DNA of 64,000 nt. Origin: Patescibacteria group bacterium. GTDB lineage: Bacteria > Patescibacteriota > Minisyncoccia > Phycocordibacterales > DATDWN01. Positions 55,442-64,000 of the stretch are shown here, in pieces; position 1 is the first letter of the stretch; each line of letters begins with the position of its first letter. Both the position numbers and the translations under genes were made by a program. The stretch spans positions 7,556 through 71,555 of the forward strand of contig JAZKJH010000003.1 of assembly GCA_040384485.1 (NCBI GenBank). The letters run 5' to 3'. The notes under the pieces are model-generated. The model saw only the letters and a program-made list of their open reading frames with translations, made no database searches and was not told where the DNA came from.

Positions 55442-56711
55442 TATGCATAAAACAGACTTTGATCCCTATGATTTCTCAAAAAAAGAGATATCTGGTATAC
55501 CAGTTTATTATAAAAATTTACCTTGGGCACCATGTATTCATATTCACATAGTCTTCAATACTGGGGCATTTAATGACCCTGCTGGAAAAGAAGGTTTGTC
55601 GCACTTCCTTGAACACATGATTTTTGACGGATCACCTTTACTAAAAAGTAAAAAAGAGATTAAAGAATGGTCAAAATCAAACGCGCTAAACACTTGGAAT
55701 GCAGGAACTGGATTTTATGACACTTCCTATTACCTTAAATGTCTTCCGGAGAAATATAATACAGTCTTAATAGGTATGAAGGATATGATTTTTAATTCAT
55801 ATTTGCGTGAAGAAGACATAGAGAACGAGCGAAAGGTTATACTGCAGGAAGCATGGGGCAGATTTCAAAATCAAAAATTTTTAGATTACTTAAAAGTAGT
55901 TTTTGACAACTTATATTATGGGCACAACAAAGCTAGATTTAATTCGCCTCTTGGCTGGCCGGAAACGATTGAAAAAATATCGAGTGAAGATATTCGAAGC
56001 TGGTATAAAGATAATTATGTAAAAGGTAACTTCTATATTGTGGTTGTGGGTGCAATAGACCAGAATCACATTGAAGATCTTTCAAAATATTTTAACGATA
56101 TTCCTACAAGCTTAACTCAAAAAAGAAACGTTGGATTGGTAAATAAGCCGAAACAAAACAGATTTGTTAAAACTGCAGATGAAATAGGAGAAGTTAAGGA
56201 ACAGGTAGAAATAACCATCTCGAGATTTATGGACAGTCTATCACTAGAAAATTCCTATATAATGTCAGGAACACGAAGGTTGCTGCAGGATATCCTTCAT
56301 GAAAAAATGAGGATTGAAAACAGTCTTTGCTATGGGGTAAATGTACGCTCTGGTTCGTCCCAAGACTACTCTGAAATATTGATGAATGTAAAGACTGATG
56401 AAATAAATATTGAAATAGTGGAGAAGATGTTTTGGGAAACGATTGAGGAAGTCATCTCAGGAAAACATATGGATAGATTTGATAAGCTAAAAATACTTAG
56501 TTTGGAACAAATAGAATCCCAAGAAAGAATGTCGGGAGATATTATTAGGACGGCAATATACGAAATTAACATACACAAAAAAATAGAAACTCTAGAAGAA
56601 TCTCTTTCTATGGCGAAAAAAGTTAGCTACGAAGATGTGGTTCGTTTTGCAAGCGAGACATTTATACCGTCACATGTATTTACTGAAATAATTCTGCCTT
56701 CGAAGAAATAA
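55442..56711 (+). CDS. M16 family zinc peptidase (second, divergent)
   Basis: GLSHFLEHMIF; MRIENSLCYGV; start uncertain (55433 or 55442). Confidence 0.88.
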
Positions 56712-56712
56712 T

Positions 56713-56743
56713 AAAAAAAACCGGGATAACCCGGTTTTTTTAT
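56713..56743. terminator. Bidirectional terminator
   Basis: A8-CCGGG-ataa-CCCGG-T7 between convergent genes. Confidence 0.78.
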
Positions 56744-56756
56744 TATTAATTCTTAG

Positions 56757-59000
56757 CTACCTAAACAAACTATTGAATAGACTTTTGATTGCTTCTAGAG
56801 AGTTTGCTATTTGGTCTAAATTGGTTGAATTGGCTTTAGACACACTTCCACAACTCACCTTTACTCCTGTCGGATTTAGTTTTGTGTACTCACCTCCAAC
56901 ATTTCTTGCATAAACATACACATAATGATTCTTACCGTCCTTCAGACTACTTGGGGTGAAGAAACTAAAAGCGTGTTGACCCACATCAGCTCTGTTTATA
57001 TTCGCATCGTAGTCACCTATTTTCTTCCAATATAGATTTTCCACTTTACTCCAAACTTGTACCTGAATAGCTGTGTTTGGGTTATCTCCATCCTTCGCCC
57101 AACCCCCAAAGATGTCACAATTTGCTGCATCCAAATATCCAGAAGTTGCTACAGCTGGTGCGTCTCTTGGAGGAGTATCTTCGTAGACGGTTATGTTAAA
57201 CATTTTGACTGCGATTTGGGTACCAGATTGAACAGTTACAGTAAACACGTAATAGCCGGGAGTAGTTGGTACACCACTGAGAGTAAAGGATGTTTTACAA
57301 GGGCCCTCACTTCTGCAAGCAATCTGGATTATTTCAGTTCCAGGGGGTATTATGCCGGAAGAAACAGACCAAGAGTATGATTGTGAACCGCCAGTAGCTT
57401 GTATGGTAGTTGACCAATTCTCCCCCGCTTTTGTTTTTGGAAGATTAAAATCTGAAGTAATAGAAAGTGGACTAAAAGTTTCTGCGATTATCAGGGTCTG
57501 TTCAGTTGAAACAATTCCAGATCCTCCAATATCCAAACGCAAAGAAAACTTATATGTGCCTGCTCGAGTGGGAGTGCCTGTAACACCTATACAACTAGGT
57601 GAACATGAAGCAGTTTTTTGTAGAGTTAGTCCTGGAGGTAATTCTCCGGAAGCTAAGCTGTATGATGTCGCCTTGCTAATATCTCCAGTAAAATTAAATG
57701 ATCCAGTATAGTTACTACCCGTAAAACCCATTGGCAAACTTATTGATTTAATGGTCGGAACTACCTCGCCATTAGAATCACCTTTAACTGTTACCTGAGC
57801 AACAGCACTCATGGTCACTCCACGAAAATTCTGATACGTAGCTTTTAGTATAGTGGCGCCTGGAGCAACCCCAACAATATCAGTGGTTGGTTTTGGACAC
57901 TCTTGCCCAACTACACATCTTGGCGTAGCTATCGCTAGTCTAGCTATCGATTCGTTTGCAATGGACCATGTTGGACTTACCTCTGTTGGTGCAGGTCGGC
58001 AAACAATATTTCCAGAAGTAGGACACCCGGTAGTGAATATTGCCTTAAGCCTACTCATGTCGTTTACATTCAAATTTATTGGGTTAGGAGAAATCTCAAA
58101 AATATCTGGTGAAAGTGCTACAGTAGTTTGAGTATTAGAAGTTGTAGTTGGTTGTGTTTGAGTGGTTGTAGTATTTGTAGCGTCACCTGCCTCTACTGAA
58201 ATAGTAAATTCTTTTCTTCCAACTTTATCACCATACTTAACCATAACTACAAATTTCCTATCTGCCACAGTAACTGATGGTGTTCCAGAAATAACCATAT
58301 CATTACCGTTTTCTCGCAAATACAAACCGGTTGGCAACTGCCCAGATTCGATTGACCATAGATAATGCGCAGTCACAACTCCACTTGGTCCACCAGAAAC
58401 AGCCAAGTTCACCTGATATGTAGAATTTATTCTAGCTTTTGGAAGAATAGCTGCATTTGTGATTGTTAAGTTTTGAGACGTTGATGGAGTAACGGTGGTA
58501 GACGATGTGTTTGAGTTTGTTGTAGTTGAGGATGAGCTGGTACTACAAGGATACAGCTTATTTAATTTTGCACGTGTTCCGGCTCCAACTATACCTGTGC
58601 CGAATTTTAATCCAGAAGGAGTAAGCACTTCCCCTTTATACTTCTCTTGAAAACCAGTTACTGCAGAGGCAGTACTCTCTTCATATGTTGAACTAGTCTT
58701 TTCTTCACTGTCTATACTAAAACCTTCTTTAGTCAGTACCTCGTGAAGCCAAGAAACACTCTTGCCATTACTTCCAGCTCTTAGGGTTGCTGTGAACGCA
58801 ACACAATTATTGGAATTAGCTGACTGATTGGATCCTGAAAGAGTTGCGTTTTGAGTCTGCAGAGCCTTTACTTGCTCCATCAGCTTCTGAACCAATGCTT
58901 GTAGTTCCGAAGTCGACATTGTCGCAGTTTGTGCTGATACAAAAAAAGGCAACAAAAGAAAAGCCCCTGTTACCATCCCCCACTTGATGAATTTATTCAT
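56757..59000 (-). CDS. Secreted protein with peptidoglycan-binding-like domain and putative Ig (He_PIG) repeats
   Basis: Signal peptide; AVTGFQ..GIVGAGTRAKLN; repeated SG.LP.GL..ISGTP. Confidence 0.78.
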   Translation of the reverse strand: MNKFIKWGMVTGAFLLLPFFVSAQTATMSTSELQALVQKLMEQVKALQTQNATLSGSNQSANSNNCVAFTATLRAGSNGKSVSWLHEVLTKEGFSIDSEEKTSSTYEESTASAVTGFQEKYKGEVLTPSGLKFGTGIVGAGTRAKLNKLYPCSTSSSSTTTNSNTSSTTVTPSTSQNLTITNAAILPKARINSTYQVNLAVSGGPSGVVTAHYLWSIESGQLPTGLYLRENGNDMVISGTPSVTVADRKFVVMVKYGDKVGRKEFTISVEAGDATNTTTTQTQPTTTSNTQTTVALSPDIFEISPNPINLNVNDMSRLKAIFTTGCPTSGNIVCRPAPTEVSPTWSIANESIARLAIATPRCVVGQECPKPTTDIVGVAPGATILKATYQNFRGVTMSAVAQVTVKGDSNGEVVPTIKSISLPMGFTGSNYTGSFNFTGDISKATSYSLASGELPPGLTLQKTASCSPSCIGVTGTPTRAGTYKFSLRLDIGGSGIVSTEQTLIIAETFSPLSITSDFNLPKTKAGENWSTTIQATGGSQSYSWSVSSGIIPPGTEIIQIACRSEGPCKTSFTLSGVPTTPGYYVFTVTVQSGTQIAVKMFNITVYEDTPPRDAPAVATSGYLDAANCDIFGGWAKDGDNPNTAIQVQVWSKVENLYWKKIGDYDANINRADVGQHAFSFFTPSSLKDGKNHYVYVYARNVGGEYTKLNPTGVKVSCGSVSKANSTNLDQIANSLEAIKSLFNSLFR

Positions 59001-59083
59001 AATAAATATTAAATTTTAATATTTATATTATAACTAGCCCAAAATCAAAATACCAGACCTATAGTGAATACTCTCAGTCGGAA

Positions 59084-59225
59084 TTCGAGTCTCCCGACCA
59101 AATAAAAACTGCATAAGCAGTTTATATTCGGTGCCCAGAGGGGCTCGAGTCTTACAGACTCAGTACCCGCAATTGGATATAATATTTCGCTTCGCTCATA
59201 TTCTTAATTCCGAACAAGTTACTAC
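59084..59225 (-). repeat. tRNA-Leu-appended element (family B) with direct (59130-59142) and partial inverted (59084-59100) copies of the tRNA 3' end
   Basis: ggtgcccagaggg repeat; core ACTG-AGTC-TGTAA-GACTC shared with the element after tRNA-Arg. Confidence 0.68.
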
Positions 59226-59310
59226 TGGTGCCCAGAGGGAGACTCGAACTCCCACACCTTACGGCACACCCACCTCAAGGGTGCTTGTCTACCAATTTCA
59301 ACATCTGGGC
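59226..59310 (-). tRNA. tRNA-Leu(GAG)
   Basis: GCCCAGA/TCTGGGC-ACCA; anticodon arm CACCC-TTGAGGT-GGGTG; long variable arm. Confidence 0.95.
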
Positions 59311-59380
59311 GTAACCTTTGAAGTATATTTAAATTCAGAATTTATTTCAATCAAAAAACCGACAATTGTCGGTTTTTTGA

Positions 59381-59836
59381 TTATTCTGCTTTTGTTTCTT
59401 CTGATTTCTCTTCTACTACCGGAGTTTCCTCTGCAACAACTTCTTCTGCATCTGGAGTGTTGTCTGGCAAAGCTCTGATGTTTCTCATTTGTCTTCGGAT
59501 TTCTTTCGCTGCCTTGTCTCGTATGTGATATAGTTTTGCTCGTCTTACCTTTGATCTCTTTAGTGTCTCAACAGAATCGATCATTGGAGAGTATAGTGGG
59601 AAAATCTTCTCTACACCCACACCTGATGCAACTCTTCGTACTGTGAAAGTAGCTCCTGCCTCCTTTCCGTGTTTTACAGCAATAACCAAGCCTTCAAAAG
59701 CCTGAAGTCTTGTTTTACCTTTTTCTTGGATCTTCTGCCAAACACGAATATTGTCTCCAGCTCTAATATCTAGTTTCTTTCTATCTGCTATTTTTACTGG
59801 TGACTGCACAGTTGTTGCTGATGTCATAAGACTCAT
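59381..59836 (-). CDS. rplS: 50S ribosomal protein L19
   Basis: RLQAFEGLVIA, FTVRRVASGVGVEKIFPLYSP, VRRAKLY. Confidence 0.97.
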   Translation of the reverse strand: MSLMTSATTVQSPVKIADRKKLDIRAGDNIRVWQKIQEKGKTRLQAFEGLVIAVKHGKEAGATFTVRRVASGVGVEKIFPLYSPMIDSVETLKRSKVRRAKLYHIRDKAAKEIRRQMRNIRALPDNTPDAEEVVAEETPVVEEKSEETKAE

Positions 59837-59853
59837 AATCTAACATATGGTGG

Positions 59854-60579
59854 CTAGTTTTGCAACAGATCCATGGCGCGAGCAAAATCCTCAGGATACG
59901 GAGCTGTAACCTTGTGAACTGTGCCGTCTAACAGAGCGAACTCTATACTGTAGGCATGGAGAGCCAATCGTTTAAACCCAACAAGTTGGCTGTTTTTTGG
60001 GGCATATAGTGGGTCCGCAACTAAAGGATGGTGAATTGCCTTAAAATGCGCCCGAATCTGGTGAGTTCTTCCGGTCTTCGGTTCCACCTCGACAAAGGAC
60101 CACTCTTTTGTAGCCTTTAGGGTTTTATATTCAGTAACTGCATCTCTCAATTCCCCTCTAGCTCCGCGTTGCGCCGACCACATTCTGAAGTCTTTATTGC
60201 TTCTTCCGATCGGTCTATCTATAACACCCTGATGATCTTTAACCTCGCCCAATACAAAGGCATGGTAAGTTTTTTTTATTGTGTGTTCCTGAAATTGGAT
60301 CTTCAATGACTCGAATGCCTCTTGGGTTTTAGCCACCAACATAACTCCTGAGGTGTCTCTGTCCAGACGATGCACTATTCCAGGCCTTAGGATCACATTT
60401 CCTTGTGTGTCTCTGTTTGGCTCTCCCACATTCTTTGTCTCAGGGTAATTTTCTAAAACCCAATCAGTTAGAACGGGCTCATTTGTTTTTCCGTCGCCAT
60501 GAACTACCAAACCCGCAGGTTTATTGATAGCTAAAATATTTTTATCTTCATAAAGAATAGTTGGGGTCATTTGTTTCAA
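59854..60579 (-). CDS. RluA/RluD family pseudouridine synthase (no S4 domain)
   Basis: INKPAGLVVH, VHRLDRDTSG, TGRTHQIR, LALHA. Confidence 0.93.
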   Translation of the reverse strand: MKQMTPTILYEDKNILAINKPAGLVVHGDGKTNEPVLTDWVLENYPETKNVGEPNRDTQGNVILRPGIVHRLDRDTSGVMLVAKTQEAFESLKIQFQEHTIKKTYHAFVLGEVKDHQGVIDRPIGRSNKDFRMWSAQRGARGELRDAVTEYKTLKATKEWSFVEVEPKTGRTHQIRAHFKAIHHPLVADPLYAPKNSQLVGFKRLALHAYSIEFALLDGTVHKVTAPYPEDFARAMDLLQN

Positions 60580-60590
60580 AAATTAATTCA

Positions 60591-61286
60591 CTATTTCCCT
60601 ATTCTTCTTTCTCTATTTGAAAAATTTTCTATTATTCCTAGTAACTCTTCTTTTGAAAAGTCCGGCCACAAAGTAGGAGTAAAAAACAACTCACTATACA
60701 CTCCCTGCCATGGCAAAAACCCAGAAAGTCGCATTTCACCTGATGTACGGATGATAATATCTGGGTCCGGCATAGAACCTGTTTGTAAATGTTTTGCAAA
60801 ATATTCCTCCGTCACTTCTCCTGGATTAGGATTCTCAGAAATAATCTCCTTTACTGCCGACAATATCTCACTTCTACCTCCATAATTGAGTGCAAAGTAT
60901 ATATGTGGGCCTAAATTATTTTTGGTCTTTTCTATTGCATTTTTAAGTCTATCCTGTAGTTCGACTGGAAACCTAGTCATGTCACCTACACAGTGAAGTA
61001 CTCCACCTTCTTGCATAAAATGTTCAAGTTCAGTCCCTAAAAATTCTCCCAAAAGATTTATGAGATACTCAACCTCCTCTTTTGTTCGGTTCCAGTTTTC
61101 TGTTGAAAAAGTGAAAAGTATAAGATGCTTAACACCCACCTCTTTTATCCAACCTGCCACCTCTTTTAGTTTTTGACTACCGGCATAGTGTCCAGCTAGA
61201 GTTTGTTCCCCTCTCGCCTTTGCCCACCTCCGGTTCCCGTCCATAATAATCCCAATACAGTCAGGGATCTTGGTTTCTGAATTCAT
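60591..61286 (-). CDS. uppS: Undecaprenyl diphosphate synthase
   Basis: IMDGNRRWA, FSTENW.R, NYGGR.EI, IRTSGEMRLSGFL.WQ. Confidence 0.95.
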   Translation of the reverse strand: MNSETKIPDCIGIIMDGNRRWAKARGEQTLAGHYAGSQKLKEVAGWIKEVGVKHLILFTFSTENWNRTKEEVEYLINLLGEFLGTELEHFMQEGGVLHCVGDMTRFPVELQDRLKNAIEKTKNNLGPHIYFALNYGGRSEILSAVKEIISENPNPGEVTEEYFAKHLQTGSMPDPDIIIRTSGEMRLSGFLPWQGVYSELFFTPTLWPDFSKEELLGIIENFSNRERRIGK

Positions 61287-61367
61287 TTATATAATGATAT
61301 AGCATTTGTTCAAAATTTTCTAGTAACTCTTGAATAGTAGTCGATACTAGTGTATAAATATCATATT

Positions 61368-61440
61368 GCGCGGTTAGCTCAGTTGGTAGAGCAACCCGTT
61401 TACACCGGGTAGGTCACAGGTTCGAGTCCTGTATCGCGCA
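61368..61440 (+). tRNA. tRNA-Val(TAC)
   Basis: GCGCGGT/ATCGCGC; anticodon arm ACCCG-TTTACAC-CGGGT; T loop TTCGAGT. Confidence 0.95.
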
Positions 61441-61480
61441 CAAGCCTAAAAACCAAAACTTCTTTTGGTTTTGCCGGACC

Positions 61481-61574
61481 TGTGCGAGCCGGAGCTATGT
61501 TTTTCTAGTAAGAAAAACCAGCGAGGCAGGGTCGTGGAAATTTTGTTTTGACGAAAACAAAATTATCCCTGACC
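61481..61574 (+). repeat. tRNA-Val-appended element (family A)
   Basis: GCCGGAG...CGAGGCAGGGTCG...TGACC, homologous to the His element core. Confidence 0.65.
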
Positions 61575-61631
61575 ACAAACCTAAAAATGGATTTAAAGAA
61601 TTTTGTGTGCGACGGCAAACAAAACACCCAT

Positions 61632-61703
61632 GCTCTCGTAGTTCAATGGATAGAACAGAGCTCTTCTAAGGCTTTGATGTAGGTTCGATTCCTGCCGAGA
61701 GCA
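61632..61703 (+). tRNA. tRNA-Arg(TCT)
   Basis: GCTCTCG/CGAGAGC; anticodon arm GAGCT-CTTCTAA-GGCTT; T loop TTCGATT. Confidence 0.94.
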
Positions 61704-61868
61704 CAATTAAAAAACACCCGAAAGGGTGTTTTTTAATTGTGCTCTCGGAGAAAGCCGTCGAGACGGCTTTTGTCAGGAATCTAAGCCTGTTTGAGATATT
61801 TTTGGATTTTAAGAACAAAAATATCCAAACTGGACACTGCTCCTGTAAGGAGAGGTTACTGCCGAAAT
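61695..61868 (+). repeat. tRNA-Arg-appended element: 25-bp perfect IR (61695-61748), inverted tRNA 3' end, family B core, degenerate direct copy
   Basis: CCGAGAGCACAATTAAAAAACACCC-GAAA-GGGTGTTTTTTAATTGTGCTCTCGG; ACTG-CTCC-TGTAA-GGAG; ggttactgccgaaa resembles gattcctgccgaga. Confidence 0.7.
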
Positions 61869-61894
61869 TGTTAGTTTGATACACACTCGAACTC

Positions 61895-62230
61895 CTAAAC
61901 CCCAGGATCTATCTTCACAACATTCCCACTATCTAATTCGACGAACTTCATAGTTCTATAATCTATGTCTTTAACAACGGCGTCTAGAAGTGGCCTGTTG
62001 ATTCCCGTAGCACTTTGATCCTCTACCCTTTCAACTTGAAAAATAGATTTGTTATTTATTTGGTAGTAAAAAAATACCGCGTATATAGCAACGAATAAAC
62101 TTATAACAAAACTTGTTACAAGCATAATGTTCCAATCACGCGTTGGTCGTATTCCTTTTTTTTGGTAGGAATGTTTAGCCGACTTTAATTTCTCTAACCA
62201 AACTCGAAATTGTTCTGAGGATTTTTTCAT
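61895..62230 (-). CDS. Hypothetical single-TM protein at the end of the pilMNO-like operon
   Basis: P.RDW motif followed by a TM; operon context. Confidence 0.6.
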   Translation of the reverse strand: MKKSSEQFRVWLEKLKSAKHSYQKKGIRPTRDWNIMLVTSFVISLFVAIYAVFFYYQINNKSIFQVERVEDQSATGINRPLLDAVVKDIDYRTMKFVELDSGNVVKIDPGV

Positions 62231-62236
62231 ATCTGT

Positions 62237-62797
62237 TTATATATATTTTAACACTCTTATCTCGAGGTTTCCCTCCCATGTACTTGCCGTTGGAGTAGCC
62301 GCAGAATCACTCGGTGTACCTCCTCTTATTAAATTAACTCTTTCAATTGTGACCTTAAAGGGCATATTTTCTATTTGAGATATAAAAGTATAAAGAGAAT
62401 TCCATCTACCTATAACTTTTACTCGGATTCTAAGTGAGGTGAGCCCGTTTGGTTTTAAACCCTCTACTTCCTCAATAGCTAGGGACTGAACCTCTACTGA
62501 CAAACCCTTGTTACGGGCCAATGACTCTAAATCCTCTAGGAAAGCAACATCGCCGTCTTTAATGACAAAGAAATCATTAACTTTCTTTTGATCATCTTTT
62601 ATCGAATCCAAGTTTTTTTGAGTTGATATTGCATAACTACGTAGATCATCATGCTCAAAAAGTACATTTTCTAAACTAGATGTTTCTTTGGTTTTATTTT
62701 TTATGTCATTAAACAAAAAATACTGCAGAAGGCAGAGTGAAGAAACACCTAGAAACAAAAAAATGATACTTGTTTTTAATATCTTATTATTTTTCAT
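62237..62797 (-). CDS. pilO: PilO-like type IV pilus alignment protein
   Basis: TM, coiled coil, FLEDLESLA, GRWNSLYTFISQIENMP; follows the pilN-like gene. Confidence 0.65.
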   Translation of the reverse strand: MKNNKILKTSIIFLFLGVSSLCLLQYFLFNDIKNKTKETSSLENVLFEHDDLRSYAISTQKNLDSIKDDQKKVNDFFVIKDGDVAFLEDLESLARNKGLSVEVQSLAIEEVEGLKPNGLTSLRIRVKVIGRWNSLYTFISQIENMPFKVTIERVNLIRGGTPSDSAATPTASTWEGNLEIRVLKYI

Positions 62798-63338
62798 TTG
62801 AAATTTTCATGGTTAAAAACAAAGAGAAGCTTATGTTTCTATCTTTGGTAAAGTTGGATATAGGGGAATCTACTTTATCAAAAAGTTTTGATGACTCTAG
62901 TTTTTTTATAAAAGTTAACAGTGACTCTCTCTCCCCTGCTGAACCCGTTAAAGTAATGGTGACTTGGTTGTTTGTAGATTTGTTGAAAGTAAATTCATTT
63001 ATAAGTATGGAAGGGCTTTTTTGTTCAATAATACTGTCCAAGGTTTGGGTTGGGCTAAAACCAGTTTGGGTTTTTTTGATAATCTCTAATTTTTTATTTA
63101 TCGATTGTATTTGTGACGACAATTCTTCTACTTCTTCTATCAAAAGTGCATCTTCTGATTCAGCGACAACAGAAGCTGCCTCCTTTTGATTATAGAAGGA
63201 AGTCACCCAGGAAGGAAAGAAAGCTATGAGTGTAAAAATTTGTATAAAAATAATAAAGTTTAAAATAACAACAAAGCGCCGGGCACCGTATTGTTTTTTT
63301 ATCTCTTGTTTTAAGTTGTCAGGAAGTACATTAAACAT
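62787..63338 (-). CDS. pilN: PilN-like protein
   Basis: N-terminal NVLP (INLLP-like), TM, ITLTGSA..RESLLTF..LE.S..F..V. Confidence 0.7.
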   Translation of the reverse strand: MFNVLPDNLKQEIKKQYGARRFVVILNFIIFIQIFTLIAFFPSWVTSFYNQKEAASVVAESEDALLIEEVEELSSQIQSINKKLEIIKKTQTGFSPTQTLDSIIEQKSPSILINEFTFNKSTNNQVTITLTGSAGERESLLTFIKKLESSKLFDKVDSPISNFTKDRNISFSLFLTMKISNEK

Positions 63339-63344
63339 ATTACT

Positions 63345-63998
63345 TTATATTAATGTCTCACTAGGGAGGGCTAACCCTATAGCATCCGCAAAACGTAAGC
63401 TATCTTCTTTGGAAACTTCTGGAACGACCTCTTCAAAATTAAAGATGTTAATCCAGGGGTTTCCTATGGCTGATGGAACATCGAGATGTTGAGACAAGTA
63501 TTCAGTTATATTTTCAGGTAAATCCGAACCACAAACAATAACTTCGGATATTTTTCTTTCTGGTTTATCAACGTTTTCTTTTAGGGTGTGCCAGTAGGTG
63601 TATAATTTTTTGATTTCTTGCAATAAAGACTGTAGTTCCCCTTCGCTAGTAATTTTAGTAACTACAGTTGAAGTAAAGTGGACCAAACCAAAACTAACTA
63701 CATATAAACCAACTTTTTCTGGACCAAAATGTACCAGCAGAACTGTATTATCTTTTCCTTTCAACATTACTGCCCTAGCAATTGCTTGCGATTCAATCTC
63801 CAAAGAAAGCAGGGTTAATCCAGACTCGTTTGCAATTTGAATATAGTTGTCTAATACAGAAACTGGCAAAGCCGAAACAACCACATCAAGATGCCCTTTG
63901 GCACTATGGTCTATAAGTTTGTAGTCAAAAATAAGTTCAGATGGGGGGACAGGAACGTTCTCTTCGATTTTTGACTCTATGACACCGCGAACTTCTTC
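63345..63998 (-). CDS. pilM: PilM-like actin-fold protein; 5' part lies beyond the right window edge
   Basis: Frame open to the edge: IEENVPVPPSELIFDY; EIESQAIARA; GNPWIN; AIGLAL. Confidence 0.85.
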   Translation of the reverse strand, partial: EEVRGVIESKIEENVPVPPSELIFDYKLIDHSAKGHLDVVVSALPVSVLDNYIQIANESGLTLLSLEIESQAIARAVMLKGKDNTVLLVHFGPEKVGLYVVSFGLVHFTSTVVTKITSEGELQSLLQEIKKLYTYWHTLKENVDKPERKISEVIVCGSDLPENITEYLSQHLDVPSAIGNPWINIFNFEEVVPEVSKEDSLRFADAIGLALPSETLI

Positions 63999-64000
63999 TT

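Overview
This is a chromosome segment from a Patescibacteria (CPR) bacterium, most likely Parcubacteria, using the standard genetic code; most genes lie on the minus strand. Core genes include rodA, ftsK, recA, efp, rpsF-ssb-rpsR, tatD, metG, glyQS, recO, ileS (T-box leader, inserted His-phosphatase domain), argS, secE-nusG-rplK, rplS, an RluA-family synthase, uppS, pilMNO-like genes and four tRNAs. Accessory content includes large Cys-rich surface proteins (two share an apparently identical 673-bp 3' end), an S-layer-like protein, a RAYT tyrosine transposase with its own REP palindromes, and small self-contained orphan cassettes. Four signals stand out. (1) A dut/folA/thyA/HIT/dCMP-deaminase/nucleotidyltransferase cluster whose ThyA lacks two phosphate-binding arginines, suggesting a non-canonical thymidylate route via nucleotide-capped intermediates. 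(2) A 163-nt structured element present twice (23891-24053 minus, 47025-47187 plus), with identical junctions and covarying stems. (3) Two families of structured elements appended to all four tRNAs and framed by copies of the tRNA 3' end. (4) A third family of rod-like elements in the rpsF-ssb-rpsR operon. All calls come from reading the sequence by eye; no database searches were run.
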